Of a stretch of DNA of 64,000 nt, positions 18,260 to 26,555 are shown piece after piece. The translations under genes were made by a program, and so were the position numbers. Source of the DNA: an uncultured Gammaproteobacteria bacterium (lineage in GTDB: Bacteria; Patescibacteriota; Patescibacteriia; 2-12-FULL-60-25); NCBI GenBank assembly GCA_964600845.1, contig CAZRJW010000002.1:9910-73909 (forward strand), given 5' to 3'. The notes under the pieces were generated by a model. The model was not told where the DNA came from and made no database searches. It saw only the letters and a list, made by a program, of their open reading frames with translations. Position 1 is the first letter of the stretch, and every line of letters starts with the position of its first letter.

Positions 18260-19270
18260 AGTTCGCTCGAGAGGAGACGAGGACGATGGCGCTGAACAAT
18301 CTCGCACAGCGGTTCGTGGTGGCTAGTGTTGCTATCCCGGCGCTTCTGGGAGCGCTCTACTTCCGACAGGGGATCATCTGGTTCGTCCTCTGTCTGGTCT
18401 TCGCCCGTCTGGCGGCGAAAGAGTTCCTGGCGCTGGTCGCGCCAGACGAACCGGAGTCGACGGGCTACCACCCGCTGTTCTACCTCCTGTATGGAGGGGT
18501 GTTCGTCACACTCTTCCTGGCAGTGTCGCGGCACAGCCTGTTCGGCCTGCACTTCGAGGGGCTGCTCCCGCTGCTCTATGGCGGCCTGATCCTCGCGGTC
18601 GCAGTGCTCCTCTCCATCCTGATCTTCCCGCCCCTGCTCACACAGAAGCGGTTGAAGATCGGTGGCCTGGCGCTCGGGCCCTTCTACCTCGCGGGGCCCT
18701 TCGCTCTGCTCGCGCTCATTCGGCTGTACGGTACGTCGGCCGAGGGAGCGGGGCTCTGCATCTTCACGCTGTCAGTCGCCTGGCTCGGGGACTCGGTCGC
18801 CATGCTCTTCGGCAAGACGTTCGGCGGTCCGAAGCTCTACCCGACCGTCTCGCCGGGGAAGACCTGGAGCGGCGCCGTGGGCGGGCTCATCGGCTCGGCC
18901 TCGGTCGTGCTCTTCGCCAAGCTGCTCTTCCTGCCCAGCCTCCCGGTCGGGAAGGGGATCGCGCTCGCGCTCTTCGCCGGCGCCTTCGGGCAGCTCGGTG
19001 ACCTGTGCGAGTCAGTTCTCAAGCGTACGACCGGGGTCAAGGACTCGGGCAGCTCGCTGCCGGGCCATGGAGGCTTCCTCGACCGCGTCGATGCGCTCTT
19101 GTTCGTGACCCTGGTGGTCTTCGGCGCGCTCCAGTCGGGCTGGCTCGGTTTCTCGTTGCCGTCCACTCGTTAGCGCTGATCGACTACCGGAACAATCAAC
19201 CCACCTCTCCGGCCCTCGGCTGGAACGATGACGCACCTCTCGCTTCCGTTCCAACGAGGGCCGCGTCATA
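18260..19270. other. high-GC compositional island 2, inserted between rplA and rplK
   Basis: GC3-rich sequence. Multiple long overlapping ORFs in the track (18286..19173+, 18326..18589+, 18662..19108+, 18837..19166-, 19005..19454+). Confidence 0.7.
18286..19173 (+). CDS. cdsA: phosphatidate cytidylyltransferase (CDP-diglyceride synthase)
   Basis: Polytopic membrane protein with the CdsA signature SVLKRTTGVKDSGSSLPGHGGFLDRVDALLF and GKTFGGPKLYPTVSPGKTWSG. SD-like gaggag 9 nt upstream of ATG. Confidence 0.85.
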   Translation: MALNNLAQRFVVASVAIPALLGALYFRQGIIWFVLCLVFARLAAKEFLALVAPDEPESTGYHPLFYLLYGGVFVTLFLAVSRHSLFGLHFEGLLPLLYGGLILAVAVLLSILIFPPLLTQKRLKIGGLALGPFYLAGPFALLALIRLYGTSAEGAGLCIFTLSVAWLGDSVAMLFGKTFGGPKLYPTVSPGKTWSGAVGGLIGSASVVLFAKLLFLPSLPVGKGIALALFAGAFGQLGDLCESVLKRTTGVKDSGSSLPGHGGFLDRVDALLFVTLVVFGALQSGWLGFSLPSTR

Positions 19271-19280
19271 TTCAAATACA

Positions 19281-19315
19281 AAACTCCCAGCGAGGGTTGA
19301 GCTCGCTGGGAGTTT
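19281..19315. terminator. intrinsic terminator after rplK, convergent with cdsA
   Basis: aaactcccagcgag-ggttgag-ctcgctgggagttt. Confidence 0.6.
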
Positions 19316-19329
19316 GTTCGTTGTGATTC

Positions 19330-19752
19330 TTAGATCACGTCGACGCCCATGTTCTTGGCTGTGCCTTCGATCTGGCGCATTGCCGCTTCGATCGTGGTGC
19401 AGTTCAAGTCAGGCATTTTCTTTTCGGCAATTTCCCGGACCTGGGCTTTTGTGATCTTTCCAACCTTCTCCGTGAGCGGTTTAGCCGATCCCTTAGCGAT
19501 CTTAGCCGCTTTTTTGACGAGCTCCGAAGCCGGAGGCGTCTTCAGGATGAAGGTGTAGGAACGATCTTCGTAGAGGGTGATAATCGCTGGAACAACTTCG
19601 CCGAGACGATCTTGCGTTGCCGCGTTGATCTTCTGACAAAATTCAGCGATGTTCATTCCGTGCTGACCAAGGGCCGGACCAAGTGGTGGAGCTGGAGTCG
19701 CCTTGCCACCCATGACCTGGACCTTGATAAGTGCTTTGACTTTCTTGGCCAT
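19330..19752 (-). CDS. rplK: 50S ribosomal protein L11
   Basis: [44 protein letters not shown]. Confidence 0.95.
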   Translation of the reverse strand: MAKKVKALIKVQVMGGKATPAPPLGPALGQHGMNIAEFCQKINAATQDRLGEVVPAIITLYEDRSYTFILKTPPASELVKKAAKIAKGSAKPLTEKVGKITKAQVREIAEKKMPDLNCTTIEAAMRQIEGTAKNMGVDVI

Positions 19753-19805
19753 AATGAGAGAAATAATCCGTTATAAGCGCCTGGATGGGGCGAGAAGCGT
19801 CCCTA

Positions 19806-20354
19806 TTAAATCTTTTTTACCTGGGTGAAGTCAAGTTCGAGCGGTGTCTCACGGCCGAACATGCTCACCAAGACCTTCACTTTGCCACGCGAACCGTCGA
19901 TGCCGATCACCTTGCCTTCGAAGCCTTTGAACGGACCTTCGCCGATACGAACAGCCATTCCTTCCTGCAAATCGATCGTGATTTCTGGATCTTGGCTGGA
20001 GCCCATGCGCTTCAAGATGGAAGCGACCTCTTCGGCGGCGAGGGGGCTTGGTGTTGTTCCCATGCCGATGAACTGGGTGACGTTTGGCGTGTTGCGTACA
20101 ACATACCAAGAGTCATCCGTCACAGTCATTTCGACCAACACATACCCCGGCAAGATCTTTTCTTCGACGACGCGGCGCTTTCCGTTCTTGATTTTGATCT
20201 TCTTTTCCTTTGGAACAACCACATTGAAGATCTTTTCCTGCATCCCGAGCGCCTCGAGACGCTGCTTCAAGTTGTTCATCACATTCTCCTCGTAGCCCGA
20301 GTAGGTGTTGATGGCGTACCAGCGTCGCCCGTACTCCGCGGTTTGCTTAGGCAT
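19806..20354 (-). CDS. nusG: transcription termination/antitermination factor NusG
   Basis: RWYAINTYSGYEENV (NGN) and C-terminal KOW (GMAVRIGEGPFKGFEGKVIGID). Classic secE-nusG-rplK order. Confidence 0.95.
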   Translation of the reverse strand: MPKQTAEYGRRWYAINTYSGYEENVMNNLKQRLEALGMQEKIFNVVVPKEKKIKIKNGKRRVVEEKILPGYVLVEMTVTDDSWYVVRNTPNVTQFIGMGTTPSPLAAEEVASILKRMGSSQDPEITIDLQEGMAVRIGEGPFKGFEGKVIGIDGSRGKVKVLVSMFGRETPLELDFTQVKKI

Positions 20355-20383
20355 AGAACCTTAGTAGATCAATGAAATGAGCA

Positions 20384-20752
20384 TTAGTTACCGGCGGGAG
20401 CCACTGGAGCGGGTGTGTTTGGGGCAACGGGAACCTGTTCCACTTGGATGTCGGCCGCACCCCCGTCTGGATTGGTGGCTTCGATTTCAATTGGGCTGAC
20501 GTCCACGGCACCTGGAGCCTGCTGGATCGGCGTTGCAGCGTTTTGAGTCGTTCCGGTCTTTGAGGTGATGATCGCTTGGATCCCCGCATTGATGACGAAA
20601 TCGAGGGCGCTGAAGAAGATTCCGAAAACGATGACGGTCGCGATGACGAGACCGGTGTAACGGATGATATCTTCACGGCTTGGCCACGCGACGGCGAGCA
20701 GTTCTTCTTTTGAGGCACGGAAATAGTTGCGGCTGCGATCAATGAGGTTCAT
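20384..20752 (-). CDS. secE: preprotein translocase subunit SecE with a Pro/Ala-rich C-terminal extension
   Basis: YFRASKEELLAVAWPSREDIIRYTGLVIATVIVFGIFFSALDF. Position upstream of nusG. Confidence 0.85.
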   Translation of the reverse strand: MNLIDRSRNYFRASKEELLAVAWPSREDIIRYTGLVIATVIVFGIFFSALDFVINAGIQAIITSKTGTTQNAATPIQQAPGAVDVSPIEIEATNPDGGAADIQVEQVPVAPNTPAPVAPAGN

Positions 20753-20885
20753 AGAGGGGCTAGATCTTTAAAAAGCCCTTTTGGGGCCGTTTGCGCCTAT
20801 TATACAGGAAAAGTTGATTTTGGCAATGGGTTTGGGTTATCCTCAGGTACGTATTTTTGTGCGAGAAGCCAATCCATCTTTCTGC

Positions 20886-20959
20886 CGGGGTATAGCTCAG
20901 TTGGCCAGAGCGCCTGCATGGGGTGCAGGAGGCCGCAGGTTCAAGTCCTGTTACCCCGA
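20886..20959 (+). tRNA. tRNA-Pro (anticodon GGG), no encoded CCA
   Basis: CGGGGTATAGCTCAGTTGGCCAGAGCGCCTGCATGGGGTGCAGGAGGCCGCAGGTTCAAGTCCTGTTACCCCGA. Anticodon loop ATGGGGT. Near-identical backbone to the tRNA-Pro(TGG) at 9457..9530. Confidence 0.85.
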
Positions 20960-21069
20960 CAGAGGGATGAATAAACAAAATGACGAATTCCGCTAGGTGG
21001 TTGACAAAAACCACCTTTTGTGATATTTTATTACGTCAAAATTGACCCCTACGGCAGGGAAAACCGACG

Positions 21070-21560
21070 TTCTTGAAAGAGGTTTTCGAGATGAGAATGC
21101 TGTATCGAGTGTTGCGCGTCACCACCACTAGCTTCGCAGACCCGCCCACAGTGACGGAGTACGAGGTCTGGTCGGGTGAAGACACGCGTGAGTTGAGTGA
21201 GTTACACCCACCCAGCCAGGTCTTCGGCGCCGATGACCTTCGGTCGTATGAGCTCGAAGACGGGTGGATCAAGTGCAATCACCGCTTCGAAAGGTTCGAG
21301 GGCAGCGCCTGGGTCGTCTGCCAGGATCCCCGTGTGCGGCTCGTCACTGGGATGACCGAGCTCGAGCAGGAGATCGACAGGGAGAACCGGAGGGACTTCC
21401 CTGGGGACTACGATGGGGATGATCCCGATCAGTGCTTGGACGACGATGACGAGCAGTACCTCGACGACTAGCCGGACTGGCTGGTCGTCACACGGCGCAC
21501 CCACGCGGCAAAGAACGTACTCGTTCAGCCGCCCCGGGTGCGCTCTTTGCTTTTCCACGT
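21070..21560. other. high-GC compositional island 3, on the 3' side of tRNA-Pro(GGG)
   Basis: GC-rich block with open frames on both strands (21073..21471+, 21202..21558-), bounded by AT-richer native sequence. Confidence 0.55.
21091..21471 (+). CDS. hypothetical small protein with poly-acidic C-terminus (high-GC)
   Basis: ATG 21091 (MRMLYRVLRV), with aagagg 8 nt upstream. C-terminus is DYDGDDPDQCLDDDDEQYLDD. Confidence 0.5.
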   Translation: MRMLYRVLRVTTTSFADPPTVTEYEVWSGEDTRELSELHPPSQVFGADDLRSYELEDGWIKCNHRFERFEGSAWVVCQDPRVRLVTGMTELEQEIDRENRRDFPGDYDGDDPDQCLDDDDEQYLDD

Positions 21561-21575
21561 TATCCCCATGTTTTC

Positions 21576-21604
21576 TTGTGCTTTAGGTGTGTACTTCGTA
21601 TAAT
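21576..21604 (+). promoter_or_regulatory. candidate sigma70-type promoter for hup (TTGTGC-17 nt-TATAAT)
   Basis: ttgtgc 21576-21581, 17-nt spacer, consensus tataat 21599-21604, ATG at 21651. Confidence 0.45.
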
Positions 21605-21650
21605 TCCCTTGCATTTACTTATTCTTTTCGTGTTTTTTCGCACATCTCTT

Positions 21651-21929
21651 ATGAAAATGACAAAATCGCAGCTCATGAAGGAATTGTCGGCCAAGACGGA
21701 TCTTCAGAAGAAGGACGTTGTTGCCTTCATGGAACAGCTCGTCAAAATCGCTTACACACAGGTCAAAAAGAATGGAGAATTTGTTCTTCCAGGCTTCGGC
21801 AAGTTGGTGAAGCTTGATCGCAAGGCGCGCATGGGCCGCAACCCAGCTACAGGCGAATCGATCAAGATCCCAGCGAAAAAAGTTGTGAAATTCCGCGTTG
21901 CAAAAGTTGCGAAGGAAGCAATTTTGTAA
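21651..21929 (+). CDS. hup: HU family DNA-binding protein
   Basis: MKMTKSQLMKELSAKTDLQKKDVVAFMEQL...GFGKLVKLDRKARMGRNPATGESIKIPAKKVVKFR. Confidence 0.9.
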   Translation: MKMTKSQLMKELSAKTDLQKKDVVAFMEQLVKIAYTQVKKNGEFVLPGFGKLVKLDRKARMGRNPATGESIKIPAKKVVKFRVAKVAKEAIL

Positions 21930-21945
21930 TTAGTTATTTTGCTGA

Positions 21946-21975
21946 AAAAGGAGATGGGAAACCATCTCCTTTTGT
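21946..21975 (+). terminator. intrinsic terminator after hup
   Basis: aaaaggagatgg-gaaa-ccatctcctttt. Confidence 0.65.
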
Positions 21976-21989
21976 TATATACTGAATAC

Positions 21990-22802
21990 ATGCCCAAGAA
22001 ACGCTCTGTCGCTCCTTCTTCATCTGCCGTAACGCCTTCCAAACCCAATCCAAATGTCATCTTGGGTGGGCAGACGTGCGAGATCCAAAATCCGCATCAA
22101 CGCATCCAACAATGGCTGGCACGCCCGCATGCGCCGACTACTGCCTCAACCTCTATTTTTGAAGGGATGGATGGAAGTATGAGCTGGCGCATTTTCCGCA
22201 TCTTATCCGAATTTGTGGAAGGGTTTGATTTTCTCTCAAAGCAATCTAAGACGGTGACGTTCTTTGGAAGCGCCCGCTGTTCCTTTGCGAGCTACGGTTA
22301 CCAACAAGCAAAAAAATTAGGGTATCTCTTGGGAAAAGAGGGTTTTACCATCATTACGGGAGGAGCGCCGGGGGTGATGGAGGCGGGGAACTGGGGTGCT
22401 TACGAGGCTGGCGCGCATTCCGTGGGACTGAACATTCAGTTACCGCATGAGGAGCGGAAGAACCAATACGTAAAAGAAAGTATTGCATTCCAACATTTCT
22501 TTACACGTAAGGTGATGTTGTCGGCGGCTGCTCAGGCCTACGTGTATTTTCCGGGAGGGTTTGGAACGCTCGATGAATTGTTCGAAATTGTAACCTTGAT
22601 TCAGACCGGAAAGATTGCGAATAGAGTACCTGTGGTGCTTGTTGGAAAAAAGTTTTGGACGCCAATGTTCGATTGGATCCGTAGCGAAATGTGGGATGAG
22701 AACTTGTTTATCGATAAGCACGATATGGACCTGATGTTTCTGGTGGACTCTGCCGAAGAGGCGTACGAAATTATTTTGGCGGTGAAGCACGAGATGGCGT
22801 AA
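21990..22802 (+). CDS. LOG/TIGR00730 family protein (cytokinin riboside 5'-monophosphate phosphoribohydrolase-like)
   Basis: ITGGAPGVMEAGNWGA and FPGGFGTLDELFE motifs. Start set after the hup terminator (MPKKRS). Confidence 0.8.
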   Translation: MPKKRSVAPSSSAVTPSKPNPNVILGGQTCEIQNPHQRIQQWLARPHAPTTASTSIFEGMDGSMSWRIFRILSEFVEGFDFLSKQSKTVTFFGSARCSFASYGYQQAKKLGYLLGKEGFTIITGGAPGVMEAGNWGAYEAGAHSVGLNIQLPHEERKNQYVKESIAFQHFFTRKVMLSAAAQAYVYFPGGFGTLDELFEIVTLIQTGKIANRVPVVLVGKKFWTPMFDWIRSEMWDENLFIDKHDMDLMFLVDSAEEAYEIILAVKHEMA

Positions 22803-22827
22803 TAAAAAAACAACTGCATCTGAGAAT

Positions 22828-22863
22828 AAAGAAATACCTCCCCAAGCGGGGAGGTATTTCTTT
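22828..22863. terminator. bidirectional terminator between the LOG gene and rpmB
   Basis: aaagaaatacctcccc-aagc-ggggaggtatttcttt, a perfect 16-bp stem. Confidence 0.7.
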
Positions 22864-22878
22864 ATTCCTTTGATCGAT

Positions 22879-23076
22879 TTACGCCTTCTCTTCGTGCTGG
22901 GTACCGACGAACTTCTTGATCGTTCGGAGGGTGCGGGCGGCGACGCGCATACGCTTGCCGTTGATGCGAACAACCTGAAGGTTGACGTTCTGACGACGTC
23001 GGGAAGCGATGTTGGAGTGACTGCGGGAGTTGCCGAAGATGGCACTCTTTCCGCTCAGCTGACAAATTCGGGACAT
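22879..23076 (-). CDS. rpmB: 50S ribosomal protein L28
   Basis: Internal ATG 23076 gives MSRICQLSGKSAIFGNSRSHSNIASRRRQNVNLQVVRINGKRMRVAARTLRTIKK (65 aa). Confidence 0.85.
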   Translation of the reverse strand: MSRICQLSGKSAIFGNSRSHSNIASRRRQNVNLQVVRINGKRMRVAARTLRTIKKFVGTQHEEKA

Positions 23077-23181
23077 AAGAAGTAATGCAATAGACGGCAA
23101 AATAATGGCCGTAGGATAAGGGAAGTGGTCCGATTTGGCAAGCGCTCGTCCACACGGCATCATAGAGAGCATCCTCTCTTT

Positions 23182-23829
23182 ATGAATTTATCTCTGCTCT
23201 TTCAGGAGCCCTGGCTGTTCCTGGTCTTCATAATCGCCTTCCTTTTGACGCTTGCTGTACATGAATTTTCCCATGCCTGGATGAGTACGATGCTGGGGGA
23301 TCAAACTGCTAAGCGAGAGGGGCGTTTAACCCTCAACCCCGTGTCCCATGTGGATATCTTGGGGTTTTTGGCGCTTGTGACCGTTGGTTTTGGCTGGGGA
23401 AAGCCCGTTCCGTTCAACCCCTATAACCTAAAGTATCAGAAATGGGGCCCTACCTTTGTGGCGGTCGTTGGTCCTATCTCCAACTTACTGTTTGGAACGC
23501 TCTGTATTTTGCTCGCAGGGATATTGAGTCGCGCCTTTGATTGGTCGCCATCAAACCTGTTGATTACAGCCCTGTCTTTCATGGGGTATCTCAACTTCTT
23601 ATTGCTCCTATTTAACCTAATTCCGCTCCCTCCCTTGGATGGATCAAAGGTGCTTTTAGCTCTTCTATCTTCAGAAGCGCATCGACCCGTACGCCAGGTA
23701 CTTGAACAGCAGGGACCGGTCCTTTTGCTCATTCTCATGATTCTGGATGCGGCGACAGGCATAGGATTCTTTGCCTGGATTGGATCGGTTGCTCGATTAA
23801 TGGTCGAATTCATTGCTCGTCTCACGTAG
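23182..23829 (+). CDS. site-2 protease (M50) family zinc metalloprotease
   Basis: HEFSHAW (HExxH) in a TM helix; NLIPLPPLDGSKV second motif. Start at ATG 23182, preceded by cctctcttt. Confidence 0.75.
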   Translation: MNLSLLFQEPWLFLVFIIAFLLTLAVHEFSHAWMSTMLGDQTAKREGRLTLNPVSHVDILGFLALVTVGFGWGKPVPFNPYNLKYQKWGPTFVAVVGPISNLLFGTLCILLAGILSRAFDWSPSNLLITALSFMGYLNFLLLLFNLIPLPPLDGSKVLLALLSSEAHRPVRQVLEQQGPVLLLILMILDAATGIGFFAWIGSVARLMVEFIARLT

Positions 23830-23847
23830 GGATAGTGAACTTCCCGT

Positions 23848-25467
23848 ATGTGGAAAAATCCTCCTGCAGCAGGAATAACGCGTTTGTTCGGACGTATCTT
23901 GGGTACGGCGCTGATACTTTCGATTGTATCGGCGTTGATAGAGTCGATCGCGGGGGTCGCAGGAAGAACCCGTCTCATCGATCTCACGAGCGTGTTTATT
24001 GAGTATCCCTTCTGGATCGTTGTATTTGGCGGCTGGGCCGCCTGGATTGTGCGCCGTTTGCAAGGGGTGTCTTGGTTGTCCGCGATAGAGCGTACGCTGC
24101 CCTTCGCTCCGCTCGCACTCCTTATCCCAAGCGTAAATTGTGTCGTGTCATGGCTGGGGTTGGAATCAGTGGTTCCGGCCTTTGTGAATGTACTGGAAGC
24201 TCCGGTGTCGATCCTGACCTTCGGCTGGTGGCCGCGTTTTCTCGCATCACCCGGGGTATTGATGCTTCTCATAGCAGTCGCTGGGTTGTTTGTTTATCAT
24301 TCCTGGAAAGAAAAGCACGCCCCTAAACGTATTTTGGGAGCTGTTCTTCTGTGGATTGCGGGAACGTTAGGGGGGCTTTTACTTCCCTCACTTGTCTCTT
24401 GGGCTACGGTTTCAGCCGAAATTTCACCCTTGAACGCTGGTCCGAATGTATTAGCGCGCACCTGGGTCGCCTTGTCTCAAGAAGGATATTGGTGGCGTTC
24501 GATGCTGGAGCGCTTCCCAGGGGTGCTAGAAGGGGAAGCGGAGGCCTCTGTGCGTTTTCTGCGGATAAGTGGTGCTTGGTTGATCGCACTCGCGTTTAGC
24601 GTCTTTGCCTTTTTCCGTCAGGTGTCGTTTTCGCCTCGCCACCTTCTCTCCTGGTTTAAGCCTGTTCGAGGGGTTTCTTTTCTGGGAGCCGCATTTTTCG
24701 GCCTGTGGATTGGGGGACTGTTTGGGGGAAGATTCTTTGTACGAGTGGTGGATGGGATCCCGTTTTTGCTCTTTCTTGTGACCGCGTTGGCGGTTTGGGG
24801 TGTGAGCGTCTGGAGAAATGATATCCATGACCTGGAGCAGGACCTGGCCGCTGGACGGAGTGATCGTCCGTTAGTGAAAGGGGACGTACGACCGGCGGAT
24901 TTTGCTTGGATGGGAAAGGCGATGTTATGTGTCGCCGGTATCAGTGGTTGGTTACTTGGTTGGCCTGTTTTTCTGCCGTTGATGGGTTTTTTGGTGTTAC
25001 AAGAAGGGCTGAGCGCTGCCGGTTTGCGCTGGAAAGAGCGCATGGTTGGCGGCCCTCTTCTCGCCCTATCCTTCGTGTGTGTGGCTACTTCAGGGATCTT
25101 CTTCGCTCTTCGAACGGCAGCCGTTCCTCTTCTCCCTGCGACTATTTGGCTTATGTTAGCGGCTTTTTATCTTTTTCAAGCAATTCCAAAAGCGATTCGC
25201 TGGTCTCCACGACTATTACAAGTGTTCACGACGTCTTTACGCATACCGCCACGGATGTTGATCCCGATCGCGTTAGCATTGGGGTACCTCTTAGTTCCAC
25301 TCTTGTCTGGATGGACGGTCCTTTGGTGGCTCGCATTACCCTGTGCTGTTGTGGCTCTTTTACCGCTTCTAGGAAGTGGCCGCTGGGATGAGCGAAAAAT
25401 CGTAGGTTGGCAAACGGCCTTCCTCATTATTGCGTTTCTCCTGCTGTCCGTGCGCCCATCCTCTTGA
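23848..25467 (+). CDS. polytopic membrane protein; C-terminal half UbiA-prenyltransferase-like
   Basis: More than 12 predicted TM helices. Motif WRNDIHDLEQDLAAGRSDRPL matches the NDxxDxxxD of UbiA-type prenyltransferases. The N-terminal ~270 aa are unassigned. Confidence 0.5.
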   Translation: MWKNPPAAGITRLFGRILGTALILSIVSALIESIAGVAGRTRLIDLTSVFIEYPFWIVVFGGWAAWIVRRLQGVSWLSAIERTLPFAPLALLIPSVNCVVSWLGLESVVPAFVNVLEAPVSILTFGWWPRFLASPGVLMLLIAVAGLFVYHSWKEKHAPKRILGAVLLWIAGTLGGLLLPSLVSWATVSAEISPLNAGPNVLARTWVALSQEGYWWRSMLERFPGVLEGEAEASVRFLRISGAWLIALAFSVFAFFRQVSFSPRHLLSWFKPVRGVSFLGAAFFGLWIGGLFGGRFFVRVVDGIPFLLFLVTALAVWGVSVWRNDIHDLEQDLAAGRSDRPLVKGDVRPADFAWMGKAMLCVAGISGWLLGWPVFLPLMGFLVLQEGLSAAGLRWKERMVGGPLLALSFVCVATSGIFFALRTAAVPLLPATIWLMLAAFYLFQAIPKAIRWSPRLLQVFTTSLRIPPRMLIPIALALGYLLVPLLSGWTVLWWLALPCAVVALLPLLGSGRWDERKIVGWQTAFLIIAFLLLSVRPSS

Positions 25468-25516
25468 CGCGGGGCAAAAAAAGCTGATAGATTAGCGCCC
25501 ATCAACTTACTTTCCC

Positions 25517-25948
25517 ATGCCTACTATTAACCAGCTGGTTCGACGCGCCCGCAAGCCATTGGCCGTCAAATCAAAGAGCCCTGCGCTCCAATTCAAGATG
25601 GACACGCTGCACCGCGTTCGCACGGAATACAAACGTGGATCCGGTTTGAAGCGTGGCGTATGTGTCAAAGTCACAACAATGACACCAAAAAAGCCAAACT
25701 CCGCTATTCGTAAAATTGCGCGTGTGCGCTTGTCGAATGCGCAGGAAGTAACTGCTTACATTCCTGGAGAAGGACACAACCTTCAAGAGCACTCGATCGT
25801 CTTGATTCGTGGAGGTCGCGTAAAGGACTTGCCAGGTGTGCGCTATCACATCGTGCGTGGTGTCTACGATACGCAAGGTGTCCAAGGTCGTCGTGGCAGC
25901 CGTTCTCTGTACGGTGCTCGTCGTCCAAAGGAAGACAAGAAGAAATAA
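25517..25948 (+). CDS. rpsL: 30S ribosomal protein S12
   Basis: [13 protein letters not shown]...[18 protein letters not shown]... Confidence 0.97.
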   Translation: MPTINQLVRRARKPLAVKSKSPALQFKMDTLHRVRTEYKRGSGLKRGVCVKVTTMTPKKPNSAIRKIARVRLSNAQEVTAYIPGEGHNLQEHSIVLIRGGRVKDLPGVRYHIVRGVYDTQGVQGRRGSRSLYGARRPKEDKKK

Positions 25949-25971
25949 TTTTCAGTCTTTGATATTCAATT

Positions 25972-26439
25972 ATGCGCGGAAAGAAAGCCCCTCGTCGCAA
26001 GGTTGCGAACGACCCAAAGTACAACAATGCGGTCATCACCAAGTGTATTAACTACTTGATGATCGGCGGAAAGCGTCAGCTTGCTCAGAAGATTGTCTAC
26101 GGAGCATTGGCTATCGCTGAAGAAAAGCTTCAGAAGCCAGCTGCCGAAGTCTTCGATGAAGCGATGAAGAATGTTTCCCCAATGCTCGAGGTTAAATCTC
26201 GCCGCGTGGGTGGAGCGAACTACCAAGTTCCTCTCCAGGTGCGCGCCGATCGCCGTGTGCAGCTCGCGTTGCGCTGGATGATCACCGCCGCTCGTTCTCG
26301 CAAGGGAAAGCCAATGATCGAGAAGCTCGCAACAGAGTTCATCGACGCTGCGCAGAACCAAGGTGAAGCGGTTCGCAAGAAGACGGACGTACAGCGCATG
26401 GCCGAAGCCAACCGCGCCTTCGCTCACTTCGCCAAGTAA
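25972..26439 (+). CDS. rpsG: 30S ribosomal protein S7
   Basis: DPKYNNAVITKCINYLMIGGKRQLAQKIVYGAL...EVKSRRVGGANYQVP. Confidence 0.97.
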   Translation: MRGKKAPRRKVANDPKYNNAVITKCINYLMIGGKRQLAQKIVYGALAIAEEKLQKPAAEVFDEAMKNVSPMLEVKSRRVGGANYQVPLQVRADRRVQLALRWMITAARSRKGKPMIEKLATEFIDAAQNQGEAVRKKTDVQRMAEANRAFAHFAK

Positions 26440-26460
26440 CAGATTATTTAGTGGATACCG

Positions 26461-26513
26461 AGTAGCTAGTAGCGAGTAGCAACCGAAAGCGCTACACCTA
26501 CTAGCTACTTTTG
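26461..26513 (+). terminator. long hairpin plus T-run between rpsG and fusA
   Basis: agtagctagtag (26461-72) pairs with ctactagctact (26499-510); inner gtagc/gctac pairing; followed by tttt. Confidence 0.5.
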
Positions 26514-26555
26514 CTCTTAGCCAGCTCATCTCTCATCTTCTCTCACTCCATTCGT

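Noticed and set aside
21559-21567. gttatcccc near the right edge of island 3 as an att-like direct repeat of the tRNA-Pro 3' end (gttacccc)
   Set aside because: The match is only about 8 nt with an indel, well within chance. There is no integrase. No comparable repeat was found for the tRNA-Gly island.
26461-26480. Apparent tandem agtagc repeats after rpsG
   Set aside because: They form one arm of a hairpin, with the complement at 26491-26510. They are not a microsatellite or a CRISPR-like repeat.
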